Shown: positions 38,554 through 48,842, numbered from the stretch's first letter. The stretch is DNA of 64,000 nucleotides from an uncultured Pelagibacteraceae bacterium (GCA_902515625.1 CABXVD010000001.1:3961-67960), one strand, 5' to 3'. Numbers and translations: made by a program. The notes: generated by a model not told the origin, from the sequence alone.

Positions 38554-40092
38554 ATGAAAATAATAAAAACTTTCGTAACAGGTTTAATTTCAGCAATGTT
38601 GATATTAAGCCCAGTTGCGTATGCTGATAAGTGGGGAGATCAATTTCCACATATCAAAGCTACAGGGGATATTCCAGGTGATTGTTCTTATGAAGAAATG
38701 TCTAAGAAAAATTATAAAGGAAAAACTCTTAAAATAAATACACATGCTGTTCCAGTAATTGGACAGCCTACTGCTTTGCATGCTGAACAGTTTGCAAAGT
38801 TAACAGGAGCAAAAGTTGATGTAACGCATACACCTGCAGGCGATTTGTACGCAAAAGCTATGGTTCCTTTTAAAGCTGGTCAAGCTCCATACGATATCGT
38901 ATTTGGTTTTTCTAACTTTATTAATGACTGGAGACAATACTTGGCACCAGTTCCTAAAAAGTACATGAATTCAACTGAGATGAAAGATGTAACTAAATCT
39001 CACGTAGGAGTCTCTTCTTGGGATGGAACTATGTATCAATATCCAGTGGATGGTGACAGACATTATCTAAAATATAGAAAAGACGTAATAGATAATCCTG
39101 AGTATCAGAAGAAATATAAAGCAGATACTGGCAAAGAGTTAAAAGTTCCTACAACTTGGAAAGAGTATGGCGAAATGGCTAAATACTTTAATGGTTGGGA
39201 CTGGGACGGAGATGGAGAAAAAGAATACGGTTCAGCTGAAGTAATGAAAAAAGACGATTTAATGTTCGCAGCTTTTTTCAGTAGATCAGTAGCGTATGCT
39301 AAAAATCCAAGAACTCCAGGTGGTTTCTTTTTTGATTTAGAAACTATGAAACCAAACATTAACAATCCAGGATTTGTTGAAGCTTTAGGTGACTGGGTAG
39401 AGGCTACTAAGTATGTTCCTCCAGGAGGAATTAACTTTGGACTAGGTGATGAAATTGGATCATTTGGTGGCGGTCAAACTCTATTTAGTTTTTCATGGGA
39501 TGACGCGTTTATTGCAGCAATGCAAGATGATAGCCCTATTAAAAATAAAGTAGGTACAGCTCCTCTTCCAGGTGCAGATAAAGTTTGGAATAGAGTTTCA
39601 GGTAAATGGGAAAATCAATATAACCAAGCACCATACATAGTATGGGGTTGGGCAGTTGGTGTAGCTAAAAAAAGTAAAGTACAAGAGATGGCATTTGACT
39701 ATCTATGTTTCTTTTCTAATGGAGCAAACCACCAAGCTGACTTAGCTATTGGAAATTTTGGTGTTAACCCTTTTAAAAACTCTGATTTCGATCCACAACT
39801 TTATATAAAAACTATGGGTTGGGATGCTGACATTGCTAACAGCTACACAAAGACACTTAAAGATATGGAAAAAAGTAAAAATAGAGTTTTCCCTTTAAGA
39901 GTTAGAGGTGTATTTGAGTTTACTAGTGCAGTTGCTACTGGAACTTCTAAGGCTCTAGCAGGTCAATTGTCTCCACAAGAAGCACTTGATGAAGTTGCTA
40001 AAGAGTGGGAAGCAATTGTAAACAGAGTAGGAAAGAAGAATGTTCAAGAAGACTACGCTGTTGGTGTTAAAATGGAAGACAACAAGTTATAA
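38554..40092 (+). CDS. ABC transporter solute-binding protein (carbohydrate/CUT1-like)
   Basis: Signal peptide, P.DGD...YRKD, PTTWKEY and LSPQEALD..A.EW; strong SD. Confidence 0.9.
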   Translation: MKIIKTFVTGLISAMLILSPVAYADKWGDQFPHIKATGDIPGDCSYEEMSKKNYKGKTLKINTHAVPVIGQPTALHAEQFAKLTGAKVDVTHTPAGDLYAKAMVPFKAGQAPYDIVFGFSNFINDWRQYLAPVPKKYMNSTEMKDVTKSHVGVSSWDGTMYQYPVDGDRHYLKYRKDVIDNPEYQKKYKADTGKELKVPTTWKEYGEMAKYFNGWDWDGDGEKEYGSAEVMKKDDLMFAAFFSRSVAYAKNPRTPGGFFFDLETMKPNINNPGFVEALGDWVEATKYVPPGGINFGLGDEIGSFGGGQTLFSFSWDDAFIAAMQDDSPIKNKVGTAPLPGADKVWNRVSGKWENQYNQAPYIVWGWAVGVAKKSKVQEMAFDYLCFFSNGANHQADLAIGNFGVNPFKNSDFDPQLYIKTMGWDADIANSYTKTLKDMEKSKNRVFPLRVRGVFEFTSAVATGTSKALAGQLSPQEALDEVAKEWEAIVNRVGKKNVQEDYAVGVKMEDNKL

Positions 40093-40107
40093 GATAACTT
40101 AAATTTT

Positions 40108-40137
40108 TATGTGGCCACTTTTTTTAGTGGCCACATA
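40108..40137 (+). terminator. Intercistronic hairpin after the SBP gene (stabiliser or partial terminator)
   Basis: Perfect 12-bp inverted repeat TATGTGGCCACT-N6-AGTGGCCACATA; no + strand U-tail. Confidence 0.7.
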
Positions 40138-40159
40138 GTAATCAATCCAAAATACTCTA

Positions 40160-41020
40160 ATGAACTTTAAGCAAAAATATGTTTTTTTATTTCCAGGTTT
40201 ATTTGTTCTAATAGGTATTTTAATTTTCCCAATAATTTTTGTAATTCGTTTAAGTTTATCAGGGTGGAATAGTTATAACGGTTTAAATTTTATTGGTCTT
40301 GAAAATTACATTAGATTATTTACTGACGACCCTCGATTTTGGGAATCATTTTTTAGATTAAGTTTTTTGTCTGTTACAACAGTAATCTTACAATATGTGA
40401 TTGGTTTTGCGCTAGCTCATATGGTTTGGAAAGATATTAAATTTCAAAGATTTTTTAGAGTTTTATTTTTAATACCAATGATGACAACACCAGTTATCAT
40501 GACAGTAATTTGGAGAACTTTTTTTCATGAATCTCTTGGTCCAGTTAATGACATTCTGTCAAATTTTGGAATGTCACCCAAGTGGTTAACAGATCCAGTT
40601 CTCGCAAAATTTACAGTCATAATTGTTGAGGTCTGGCAATGGACACCTTTCATGTTCTTATTGCTATTAGCGGGTCTTTTGTCTTTGCCAAAAGAACCAT
40701 TTTTAGCTGCTGCTATTGATGGTGCAAGCCCGGTTCGAAAATTTTTATATGTAACTTTCCCATTGATGGCCCCAATTTCTATTGGAGCAATAATAATTAG
40801 ATTGATTGAAGCTTCAAAAATTATGGATACTGTTTATGTTTTAACATCAGGTGGACCGGGAACTTCAACTGAAACTTCAAGTTTTTATATTTTTATTAAA
40901 GGACTTAGAGAGTTTCAAATGGGTTATGCAGCATCAATGTCATTCACATATTTGATAATTATGATTGTAAGTTTAACTGTTATAGCAAAAGTACTAACTA
41001 AATTAATGCTTAAAGATTAG
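40160..41020 (+). CDS. Carbohydrate ABC transporter permease 1
   Basis: GLENY, WQWTPF, AAAIDGA (EAA loop) and T.GGPG.STE. Confidence 0.93.
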   Translation: MNFKQKYVFLFPGLFVLIGILIFPIIFVIRLSLSGWNSYNGLNFIGLENYIRLFTDDPRFWESFFRLSFLSVTTVILQYVIGFALAHMVWKDIKFQRFFRVLFLIPMMTTPVIMTVIWRTFFHESLGPVNDILSNFGMSPKWLTDPVLAKFTVIIVEVWQWTPFMFLLLLAGLLSLPKEPFLAAAIDGASPVRKFLYVTFPLMAPISIGAIIIRLIEASKIMDTVYVLTSGGPGTSTETSSFYIFIKGLREFQMGYAASMSFTYLIIMIVSLTVIAKVLTKLMLKD

Positions 41021-41022
41021 AT

Positions 41023-41871
41023 ATGGGAAAATTATATAAAATCTTAAAATATTTTTTTATAACCTTTTGGGCAGTTTTTGTAGTAGCTCCTTTTCTTTGG
41101 GCTCTTACAACTTCATTTAAGGATTTTAATTCAGTGAATGGTGGAGCAACATATATTCCATGGGTAGACTTTGAACCAAAGTTAGAGGGCTGGAGAGTAC
41201 TGATCAAGTCTCCTGCAAATGGAGGTGTTGATATAATTGAACCTTACTTCAATAGTTTATTTGTAACCTGTACAGCTAGTTTGATTAGTATAATATTAGG
41301 AACTTTGTCTGCTTATGCTCTTTCAAGATTTACATTTAAAGCAGGTTTTGTAAAAAATAATGACATTACCTTCTTTTTTATTTCTCAAAGAATTATGCCA
41401 CCAATTGTTTTATCAATTCCTTTCTTTTTATTCTTAGGTGCAATTAATTTGTTGGATAGTTTAATTGGATTAATAGTCGTTTATATTGTTTTACTAATGC
41501 CAATTGCAGTTTGGATAATGGTTGATTTTTTTAACAAAGTTCCAAGAGAGATTGATGAAACCGCTTTAATTGATGGATGTAATCCGTATCAAGCTTTTTT
41601 TAAAGTAGTACTTCCAAATTCAATACCTGGATTAATAGTTGCTGGTATGTTTTGTATAATCTTTGGCTGGATTGATTTTTTCTTTGCATTTATTTTAACT
41701 TTTACTGAAGTACAACTTTTACCAGTTAAAATTGTTGCCTTAAATTCATCTATTACGCCTTGGTGGAGCTTATCTGCTTCAGCTTTGATTTCAGTTGCAC
41801 CACTCATCATAGTTGCTTTTGTTGTAGAGAGATATTTGTCAAAAGGAAACTTGTCAGGAGCAATAAAATAA
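41023..41871 (+). CDS. Carbohydrate ABC transporter permease 2
   Basis: YFNSL, AYALSR, PREIDETALIDG and GAIK. Confidence 0.93.
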   Translation: MGKLYKILKYFFITFWAVFVVAPFLWALTTSFKDFNSVNGGATYIPWVDFEPKLEGWRVLIKSPANGGVDIIEPYFNSLFVTCTASLISIILGTLSAYALSRFTFKAGFVKNNDITFFFISQRIMPPIVLSIPFFLFLGAINLLDSLIGLIVVYIVLLMPIAVWIMVDFFNKVPREIDETALIDGCNPYQAFFKVVLPNSIPGLIVAGMFCIIFGWIDFFFAFILTFTEVQLLPVKIVALNSSITPWWSLSASALISVAPLIIVAFVVERYLSKGNLSGAIK

Positions 41872-42950
41872 TGAATTTAGTTGCTGAAAACTTATCCTAT
41901 AAACCAGATGAACAGTTCCATCTTGATGAAGTGTCTTTTGATTTTAAGAAAGGAAATATTTATACAATTCTTGGAAGAACGTTGTCAGGCAAAACAACGT
42001 TACTAAAGACTATTGCTGGATTATTAACACCTGACACAGGTTCAATGCACTTCGAGGATAAAAATTTTTTAAAAGTTCCAGTTTGGGAGAGAAATATTGC
42101 AATGGTTTATCAGCAATTTATAAATTACCCTCACTTAAATGTCTTTGAGAACGTTGCTTTCCCCCTTAAACAAAGAAAAGTAGACGATCAGGTGATATCT
42201 GATGAAGTTACAAAATCTCTTAAATCTGTGGGACTAGAAGGTTATGAAAATAGAAAAATCCAGGAGTTATCAGGCGGTCAACAACAGAGAGTTTCTCTAG
42301 CAAGGTCTTTAGTGAAAAATGCAAAGATTTTACTATTGGATGAGCCTTTAGTTAATCTGGATTACAAACTAAGGGAGCAATTAAGAGAAGAGTTTAAGAA
42401 TATATTTTCTCAAGGATTATCTGAAGACAGTATTGTTGTATTTTCTACTACAGATCCAAGAGAAGCAATGGAGCTAAATGGTGAGGTTATTGTTCTTGAT
42501 GAGGGAAAAGTATTACAAGTTGGGCCTGCTAAAGAAATCTTTGAAAATCCAAAAACTCTAAAAGTTGCTGAAATTTCTAACGATCCACCTATGAATATTC
42601 TAAAAGCGATTATTCAAGAAAATAAAATTATATTTGAAGAAATTAAAGTAGACTTACCTAGTCATTTATCTAATTTAAAAGAAAAAAACTTCAATTTAGG
42701 TATTAGAGCATCTGATATAGAATTAAGTGATAGTGGTTTTGAATTTGAAGTTGAGCTCGCAGAAATTAGTGGCTCAGAAACATTACTTCATCTTAAAAGA
42801 GGAAATGCTAGAATTATTACTTCTATAGAGGAAGTCCTGAATTTTAATATTCAAGATAGAGTTAAAATTAATTTTAATGCAAATAAAGTTTATGCTTTTA
42901 ATGAGGATGGAGTTTTAGCCTCGTCTCCTTTTGGAGGTTCTTATGTCTAA
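41871..42950 (+). CDS. ABC ATPase, GlpS-like subunit
   Basis: GRTLSGKT, MVYQQFINYP, LSGGQQQR and DEPLVNLDYKLRE. Start set at the TAATG overlap at 41871. Confidence 0.9.
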   Translation: MNLVAENLSYKPDEQFHLDEVSFDFKKGNIYTILGRTLSGKTTLLKTIAGLLTPDTGSMHFEDKNFLKVPVWERNIAMVYQQFINYPHLNVFENVAFPLKQRKVDDQVISDEVTKSLKSVGLEGYENRKIQELSGGQQQRVSLARSLVKNAKILLLDEPLVNLDYKLREQLREEFKNIFSQGLSEDSIVVFSTTDPREAMELNGEVIVLDEGKVLQVGPAKEIFENPKTLKVAEISNDPPMNILKAIIQENKIIFEEIKVDLPSHLSNLKEKNFNLGIRASDIELSDSGFEFEVELAEISGSETLLHLKRGNARIITSIEEVLNFNIQDRVKINFNANKVYAFNEDGVLASSPFGGSYV

Positions 42951-44016
42951 AATAGATTTAAATAATATTTCTCATACATATAATCCTAATGATCCAGAAC
43001 CTACTTATGCATTAAACCCTTTTTCAATGACTTGGAAAAATGGAAAAAGATATGCAATATTGGGACCGTCTGGATGTGGAAAAACTACGATGTTAAATAT
43101 TGTGTCAGGACTAGTAATACCCTCTGCAGGAAGTATTTTATTTGATGATAAAGATGTTACAGATCTTAAAACTGAGGATAGAAATATTGCTCAAGTTTTT
43201 CAGTTTCCAGTTATTTATAATACCATGACAGTCTTTGAAAATTTAGCATTTCCTTTACTATGTAGAGATTTTGAAAAAGAACAAATCAATGAAAGAGTTA
43301 ATTCAGTTGCAGAAACTTTAAATTTACAATCTTTTCTTAAATCTCCTGCTAGAAAACTTACCGCAGATCAAAAACAATTAATTTCACTTGGTCGAGGCTT
43401 AGTTAGAGAAGATGTAGCTGCAGTTCTAATGGACGAACCATTAACAGTTATTGATCCTGATTTGAAATTTAGACTAAGAAGAAAGCTTAAAGAGATTAAT
43501 GAAGAATTTAAAACTACCCTAGTTTACGTTACGCATGATCAAAACGAGGCGATGACTTTTGCTGATAATATCATTGTTATGAGTGACGGTGAGGTTGTGC
43601 AAGCAGGAACTCCTAAGGAGTTATTTGAGAGACCAAACACAACTTTCGTTGGATATTTTATTGGTTCACCGGCAATGAATTTATTCGAAACAGAAGCGTC
43701 ATCAAATGATTGTGTTAAAATTAATGGAACATTGATTAAAACAAACACTAATTTATCAAAACTTAAAGATAAAAAAATTAAGTTAGGTATTAGATCTGAG
43801 TTTATTAATTTAGCTAAGGATCAGAAAGAAAATTTGCTATCCGTTGAAGTTGATAAGGTAGAAGACCTTGGAAATTATAAGTTATTAACCGCTAAAATGG
43901 GAGAACTTACAATAAAATCAAAAATTAACAGAGAAACAGCGGTTCCTTCTAGTGATGTAAAATTACACATACCACCTGATAAATGCTGCGTTTACGAGAA
44001 CGAAATTCTTATTTAA
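42943..44016 (+). CDS. ABC ATPase, GlpT-like subunit
   Basis: GPSGCGKT, AQVFQFPVIY, degenerate signature LTADQKQ and DEPLTVIDP. ATG 42943 follows GGAGG. Confidence 0.9.
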   Translation: MSKIDLNNISHTYNPNDPEPTYALNPFSMTWKNGKRYAILGPSGCGKTTMLNIVSGLVIPSAGSILFDDKDVTDLKTEDRNIAQVFQFPVIYNTMTVFENLAFPLLCRDFEKEQINERVNSVAETLNLQSFLKSPARKLTADQKQLISLGRGLVREDVAAVLMDEPLTVIDPDLKFRLRRKLKEINEEFKTTLVYVTHDQNEAMTFADNIIVMSDGEVVQAGTPKELFERPNTTFVGYFIGSPAMNLFETEASSNDCVKINGTLIKTNTNLSKLKDKKIKLGIRSEFINLAKDQKENLLSVEVDKVEDLGNYKLLTAKMGELTIKSKINRETAVPSSDVKLHIPPDKCCVYENEILI

Positions 44017-44140
44017 ATTAATAATTCTACTAGAGATTGTATATTTTTTGTTAAGTGTCAATCCGCCCGTGTTTTTAGAAAGACTCTATTCTAATTCTAT
44101 GTTTAATTACTACCGTTAATTAACAAGAGGAGAGAACAAA

Positions 44141-45298
44141 ATGATTAAAAATAAAAAATCATTGAAAGGTGCAAAAACACCTTCAAGACGTAAGTTCTTC
44201 AAAGCAGCAGCAGCAACTGGTGCAGCAGCAGCGACAGCTGTAGCTATGCCTAATGTAGCTTTTGGTGCTCCATTAACTTTAAAGATGCAAGCAGCTTGGC
44301 CTTCAGGTGCAAACATTTTTTTTGAAATGGCAGGAGACTATGCGAAAATGGTTAGTGACATGTCTGGAGGAGAATTAAAAATTGATCTTCAGCCTGTTGG
44401 TGCCGTTGTAAAAACTTCAGAAATTGGACAAGCAGTTAGTTCAGGAGTAGTAGATATGGGTCACTGGGTGACTGCATACTGGTACGGAAAAAATGCTGCA
44501 GCTTCACTTTTTGGAACTGGTCCTTCATACGGAATGTCATCTCAAGAAGTTATGGGATGGATGGAGTATGGTGGAGGAAGAGCGTTATACGAAGAAGCAG
44601 TAAAAAGTGTAGGTTTTAATTACACTGGTTTCTTCCATATGCCTATGCCAGCTCAACCATTTGGTTGGTTCAAAAAGAACGTAACAAAAGTATCTGATGT
44701 TAAAGGTATGAAGTATAGAACAGTTGGTCTTGCGACTAACGTTTTAACTGCTATGGGTATGGTCGTAAGACAATTACCAGGTGGTGAGATCCAACCAGCT
44801 ATGAAAACTGGTTTGATTGATGCTGCAGAGTTTAACAACCCAACATCAGACTCACAGTTTGGAATGCAAGACGTCTCTAAACATTATCACTTAGGAAGTT
44901 TCCACCAATCTCAGGAAATGTTTGAAATTCCTATGAATACTAAGAGACTAAACAGCCTTGCGCCTAAACATCAAGCTATCTTGAAGAATGCTGCTTATGC
45001 TGCAAACTCAGATAACTACTTCAAAGCTTTAGTTAGATATTCTGCTGACTTAGCTAAATTGATGAACGAGCATAAGGTAAATGTTTACCAAACATCTGAT
45101 GCTATCTTAGCCGAGCAATTAAAAGGTTGGGATAAAATCGTTGCTGAGTTTTCTGGTAAGGACGCTTTCTTTAAGAAAGTAGTAGACTCACAAAAAGCAT
45201 ACGCTAAGAGAACAATGAAGTATCTGTTGATGAATCAACCGAACTACAAATTAGCTTATGAAAATGAGTTTGGTCCAATTGCAAAAGTTAAAATTTAA
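44141..45298 (+). CDS. TRAP transporter solute-binding protein (DctP/TakP-like) with Tat signal
   Basis: SRRKFFK twin-arginine signal, GWFKK, GMKYR and IDAAEF. Confidence 0.93.
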   Translation: MIKNKKSLKGAKTPSRRKFFKAAAATGAAAATAVAMPNVAFGAPLTLKMQAAWPSGANIFFEMAGDYAKMVSDMSGGELKIDLQPVGAVVKTSEIGQAVSSGVVDMGHWVTAYWYGKNAAASLFGTGPSYGMSSQEVMGWMEYGGGRALYEEAVKSVGFNYTGFFHMPMPAQPFGWFKKNVTKVSDVKGMKYRTVGLATNVLTAMGMVVRQLPGGEIQPAMKTGLIDAAEFNNPTSDSQFGMQDVSKHYHLGSFHQSQEMFEIPMNTKRLNSLAPKHQAILKNAAYAANSDNYFKALVRYSADLAKLMNEHKVNVYQTSDAILAEQLKGWDKIVAEFSGKDAFFKKVVDSQKAYAKRTMKYLLMNQPNYKLAYENEFGPIAKVKI

Positions 45299-45316
45299 TT
45301 AACTTTTATCAAATTT

Positions 45317-45351
45317 AAAAAGAGGGGGTTTAAAAAACCCCCTTTTTTTTT
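45317..45351 (+). terminator. Intrinsic terminator-like hairpin after the TRAP SBP gene
   Basis: AGGGGGTTT-aaa-AAACCCCCT followed by a run of T. Confidence 0.85.
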
Positions 45352-45368
45352 AGTTAAATTTAATATAA

Positions 45369-45962
45369 TTGTTGACGATGGAATCATTCATTAAATTTGC
45401 CGATACATTAAGCACCTCAATGGGTAAAGCTTTTTCATGGTGTATTGTAATTTTAATGGGTGGTACTGTTTACGAAGTTATTATGGCTTATGCTTTTAAT
45501 AAGCCAACCTTATGGAATTTTGATTTTAGTATGCAGATGTATGGTGCAATACTAATGATGTCAGGAGCTTATTGTTTAGCTACAGAAGCTCATGTAAGAG
45601 GAGATGTAATTTACAGATTATTTAAAGAAAAAACTCAGGCTTGGATAGATTTAGTTCTATACTTTATATTCTTTTTTCCTGGAGTAATTGCTTTAGCTTT
45701 TTATGGCTATGAATATGCAGCATTGGCATGGAAAATTAAAGAAACTAGCTGGAGTAGTCCAGCTCAAATACAAATTTACATGGTAAAGTCAATGATACCT
45801 TGTGCTGGTGTTCTTTTAATTATTCAGGGGATTAGTGAAGTTTTCAGATCAGTAATTTGTATAAGAACTGGCCACTGGCCATCAAGAATGGTTGTTGCAG
45901 AAGAAACAGAGCAGGTACTAATGAGACAATCAAAAGCGGAGGAACAAAAAGATGTTGTTTAG
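45369..45962 (+). CDS. TRAP transporter small permease DctQ
   Basis: Four TM helices and AHVRGD; start is TTG 45369 or ATG 45378. Confidence 0.9.
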   Translation: MLTMESFIKFADTLSTSMGKAFSWCIVILMGGTVYEVIMAYAFNKPTLWNFDFSMQMYGAILMMSGAYCLATEAHVRGDVIYRLFKEKTQAWIDLVLYFIFFFPGVIALAFYGYEYAALAWKIKETSWSSPAQIQIYMVKSMIPCAGVLLIIQGISEVFRSVICIRTGHWPSRMVVAEETEQVLMRQSKAEEQKDVV

Positions 45963-47313
45963 TTTAACAAATCCAGAAGTAGCCATTTTAATGATGGGGA
46001 TATTTCTTTTTGCAGTTCTTTTAGGCTTCCCAATTGCATTTACTTTAATGGCAATGGGAATTGGTTTTGGTTATTACGCTTATTACGATGCGACCATGAT
46101 GGAGCATATTTTTGATAACCGAATATTCCAACTCTTTGTTCAAAATACTTATACGGTAATGGATAATAATGTCCTCACAGCTGTACCTTTATTTTTATTT
46201 ATGGGTTACTTAGTTGAGAGAGCCGGGATAGTAGCGAAATTATTTTTTGCAATCAGATTAGCGGCACATAGATTGCCCGCATCGATGGCAGTAGCTGCAT
46301 TAATTACATGTACATTATTTTCAACAGCAACAGGAATTATTGGTGCAGTAGTAACTTTGATGGGATTACTTGCTTGGCCTGCAATGGTTAAAGCAGGGTA
46401 TGATAAAAAATTTGCATCAGGGATTATTTGTTCAGGTGGATGCTTAGGTATTTTAATTCCTCCAAGCATAATGTTAATTGTTTATTCAGTAATTGCACAA
46501 TTATCCCCTTTAAGACTTTTTGCAGCTGCTATTTTCCCAGGATTGTTATTAGCAAGTTTATATATTGGATATGCAGTTTTTAGAGCTTGGTTAAATCCAT
46601 CTATAGCTCCAAGACCACCAGCAGAGGATATACCTCCAAGAGCTGAAATTTTAAAAGAAGTGTTGGTTTCATTTGTACCTTTGTTTGGATTAATTATGTT
46701 AGTTCTTGGAACTATTTTAGCTGGTATAGCTACACCTGCAGAAGCTGCTGCTGCTGGAGCATTTGGTGCACTAATTTTATCATGGTTTTATAAAACTCTT
46801 AAATGGCAAAACTTTAAAGAGTCTGTATTTTTAACTGCAAAAACAACTGCAATGATTATGTGGTTATTTATTGGTTCTTGGACTTTTTCATCTGTATTTT
46901 CTTATTTAGGTGGTCATGAAGTTTTTGAGCATTTTTTCACATCTATAAATATTTCAACATGGCAATTTTTAGTAATTACTCAAATAATTATTTTTCTTTT
47001 AGGATGGCCATTAGAATGGACTGAAATTTTAATTATTTTTGTTCCTATATTTTTACCACTACTAGAAATTTTTGGAGTTAATCCATATTTCTTTGCAATG
47101 TTAATAGCTTTAAATTTGCAAACATCTTTTTTAACTCCCCCCATGGCCATGTCCGCCTACTATCTAAAAGGAGTTCAAAAAACAAACGTAGAACTGATGG
47201 AAATATTCAGAGGAATAATGCCATTCTTAGGAATTGTTATTTTTGCAATGTTTTTAATGTATATGTTTCCAGCAATAGCTTTATGGTTACCAGAAACTTT
47301 ATTTGCGCAATAA
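45952..47313 (+). CDS. TRAP transporter large permease DctM
   Basis: AVPLF.FMG, GILIPPSI, ATPAEAAA and LQTSFLTPP. Confidence 0.95.
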   Translation: MLFSLTNPEVAILMMGIFLFAVLLGFPIAFTLMAMGIGFGYYAYYDATMMEHIFDNRIFQLFVQNTYTVMDNNVLTAVPLFLFMGYLVERAGIVAKLFFAIRLAAHRLPASMAVAALITCTLFSTATGIIGAVVTLMGLLAWPAMVKAGYDKKFASGIICSGGCLGILIPPSIMLIVYSVIAQLSPLRLFAAAIFPGLLLASLYIGYAVFRAWLNPSIAPRPPAEDIPPRAEILKEVLVSFVPLFGLIMLVLGTILAGIATPAEAAAAGAFGALILSWFYKTLKWQNFKESVFLTAKTTAMIMWLFIGSWTFSSVFSYLGGHEVFEHFFTSINISTWQFLVITQIIIFLLGWPLEWTEILIIFVPIFLPLLEIFGVNPYFFAMLIALNLQTSFLTPPMAMSAYYLKGVQKTNVELMEIFRGIMPFLGIVIFAMFLMYMFPAIALWLPETLFAQ

Positions 47314-47319
47314 AATAAA

Positions 47320-48648
47320 ATGACAGACATCCTTTCGTTAAAAGTTGAAGAACTTGTTTCGAAAATAAAAGACTCTCAATTAACATCAGTTGAAATTTGC
47401 AAGAAATACATTGAGAGAATAAATGAATTTGAAAAAGACGTTAAGGCGTGGGTACATATTAATAAAAAACTTTTACTAGAAAAAGCTGCTGAAGCAGATG
47501 AGCATAGAAGATCTGGAAAACCAACAGGACCACTTCATGGAATACCAGTAGCTGTAAAAGATATTATAGGCACTCTTGATATGCCGACTGAGTGTGGGAC
47601 TGTAATTAGAAAAGGAAAATCTTATTCACAGAATGCTGAAATAGTAGATCTATTACTTTCTGCAGGGGCAATAGTAATGGGTAAAACAGCAACATCAGAG
47701 CTAGCTTATCTTGGGCCATCTAAAACTACAAATCCTCATGATTATACAAGAACACCGGGAGGATCATCTAGTGGATCTGCAGCTTCAGTAGCCTCTTTTA
47801 TGGCTCCATTATCTATTGGTTCTCAAACTGGTGGATCTGTTATTAGACCTGCATCATATTGTGGTGTAGTTGGATACAAACCAACTTATGGATTAATTTC
47901 TAGAAATGGTGTTCTTAAAACATCTGAAAAATTAGATCACATCGGTGTATTTGGAAGATCAGTTGAAGATGTAGCACTTCTTGCGAAAGTTTTAATTAAG
48001 AAAGATAACTATGATAGTGCAACTGTACACTATTCGACGGAAAACATGTTAGAGGAAGTAAAAAAAGGTCCTTTATTTGAACCTAAATTTATTTTTTATA
48101 AAACTGAACATTGGAAAATTATTGAAAAAAAATCGAGAGAAGCTTTTGAATATTTTATAAAATCTTTCAAAAATAATATCGAGGTGTTTGATACGCCTTC
48201 TTATTTCAAGGATGTTCACAAGTATCATCAGATAATTCATGAGACGGATTTAGCAAACAATTTTGCTCTTTATTACAAAAAGTATAAAAAAAAATTATCT
48301 AAATATATGCAAGATGCGATTGCAAAAGGTAATAAACATTCTGCAAAAGAATATGCTGAAGCAATTGATTTTATGAAAAGAAGTTATGAGTCATATCAGG
48401 AAGTTTTTGAGGATTATCATGGAGTGTTATCGCCATCAAGTCCAGGGGTTGCTCCCAAAGGATTAAAAAGTACTGGAACTGCTGAATTTAACAAAGTCTG
48501 GTCGTATTTGGGAACACCATGTATTTCTCTTCCTGTTCTTCAAGGAGAAGGCAATTTACCTTTAGGAGTTCAGTTAATAGGTGCAAGATTTGATGATCAT
48601 AGATTTTTAGGTATTGCTAATTGGCTTGAAAAGGAATGTAATAAATAA
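47320..48648 (+). CDS. Amidase signature family protein
   Basis: GPLHGIPVAVKD, PGGSSSGS and GSQTGGSVIRPASYCG. Confidence 0.93.
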   Translation: MTDILSLKVEELVSKIKDSQLTSVEICKKYIERINEFEKDVKAWVHINKKLLLEKAAEADEHRRSGKPTGPLHGIPVAVKDIIGTLDMPTECGTVIRKGKSYSQNAEIVDLLLSAGAIVMGKTATSELAYLGPSKTTNPHDYTRTPGGSSSGSAASVASFMAPLSIGSQTGGSVIRPASYCGVVGYKPTYGLISRNGVLKTSEKLDHIGVFGRSVEDVALLAKVLIKKDNYDSATVHYSTENMLEEVKKGPLFEPKFIFYKTEHWKIIEKKSREAFEYFIKSFKNNIEVFDTPSYFKDVHKYHQIIHETDLANNFALYYKKYKKKLSKYMQDAIAKGNKHSAKEYAEAIDFMKRSYESYQEVFEDYHGVLSPSSPGVAPKGLKSTGTAEFNKVWSYLGTPCISLPVLQGEGNLPLGVQLIGARFDDHRFLGIANWLEKECNK

Positions 48649-48649
48649 A

Positions 48650-48826
48650 ATGAATAAATTTACAACATTTCTGGGAACATTGCTGGCAGCAGCATTTCTA
48701 ATAGGTCTTGCAACTACATTAACAAGATCAACAATGATTGGTTTTTTTGACGTACTACCTGTTTATATCTTAATGGCCATAGCAATTTTTATGATGGTCT
48801 ACGAAGCCTTTTTCGACAAGAAATAA
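48650..48826 (+). CDS. Small two-TM hypothetical protein
   Basis: ATG at 48650 immediately after the amidase stop; 58 aa, hydrophobic. Confidence 0.7.
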   Translation: MNKFTTFLGTLLAAAFLIGLATTLTRSTMIGFFDVLPVYILMAIAIFMMVYEAFFDKK

Positions 48827-48842
48827 TTTTTTAAGTATTAAA

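Noticed and set aside
41760-41870. Cys-rich N-terminal extension on the first ABC ATPase in the ORF track
   Set aside because: It overlaps the permease in another frame; the TAATG-coupled start at 41871 is more plausible.
47320-48648. Amidase as GatA
   Set aside because: No gatB or gatC adjacent, and it sits in a transporter operon; called a generic amidase.
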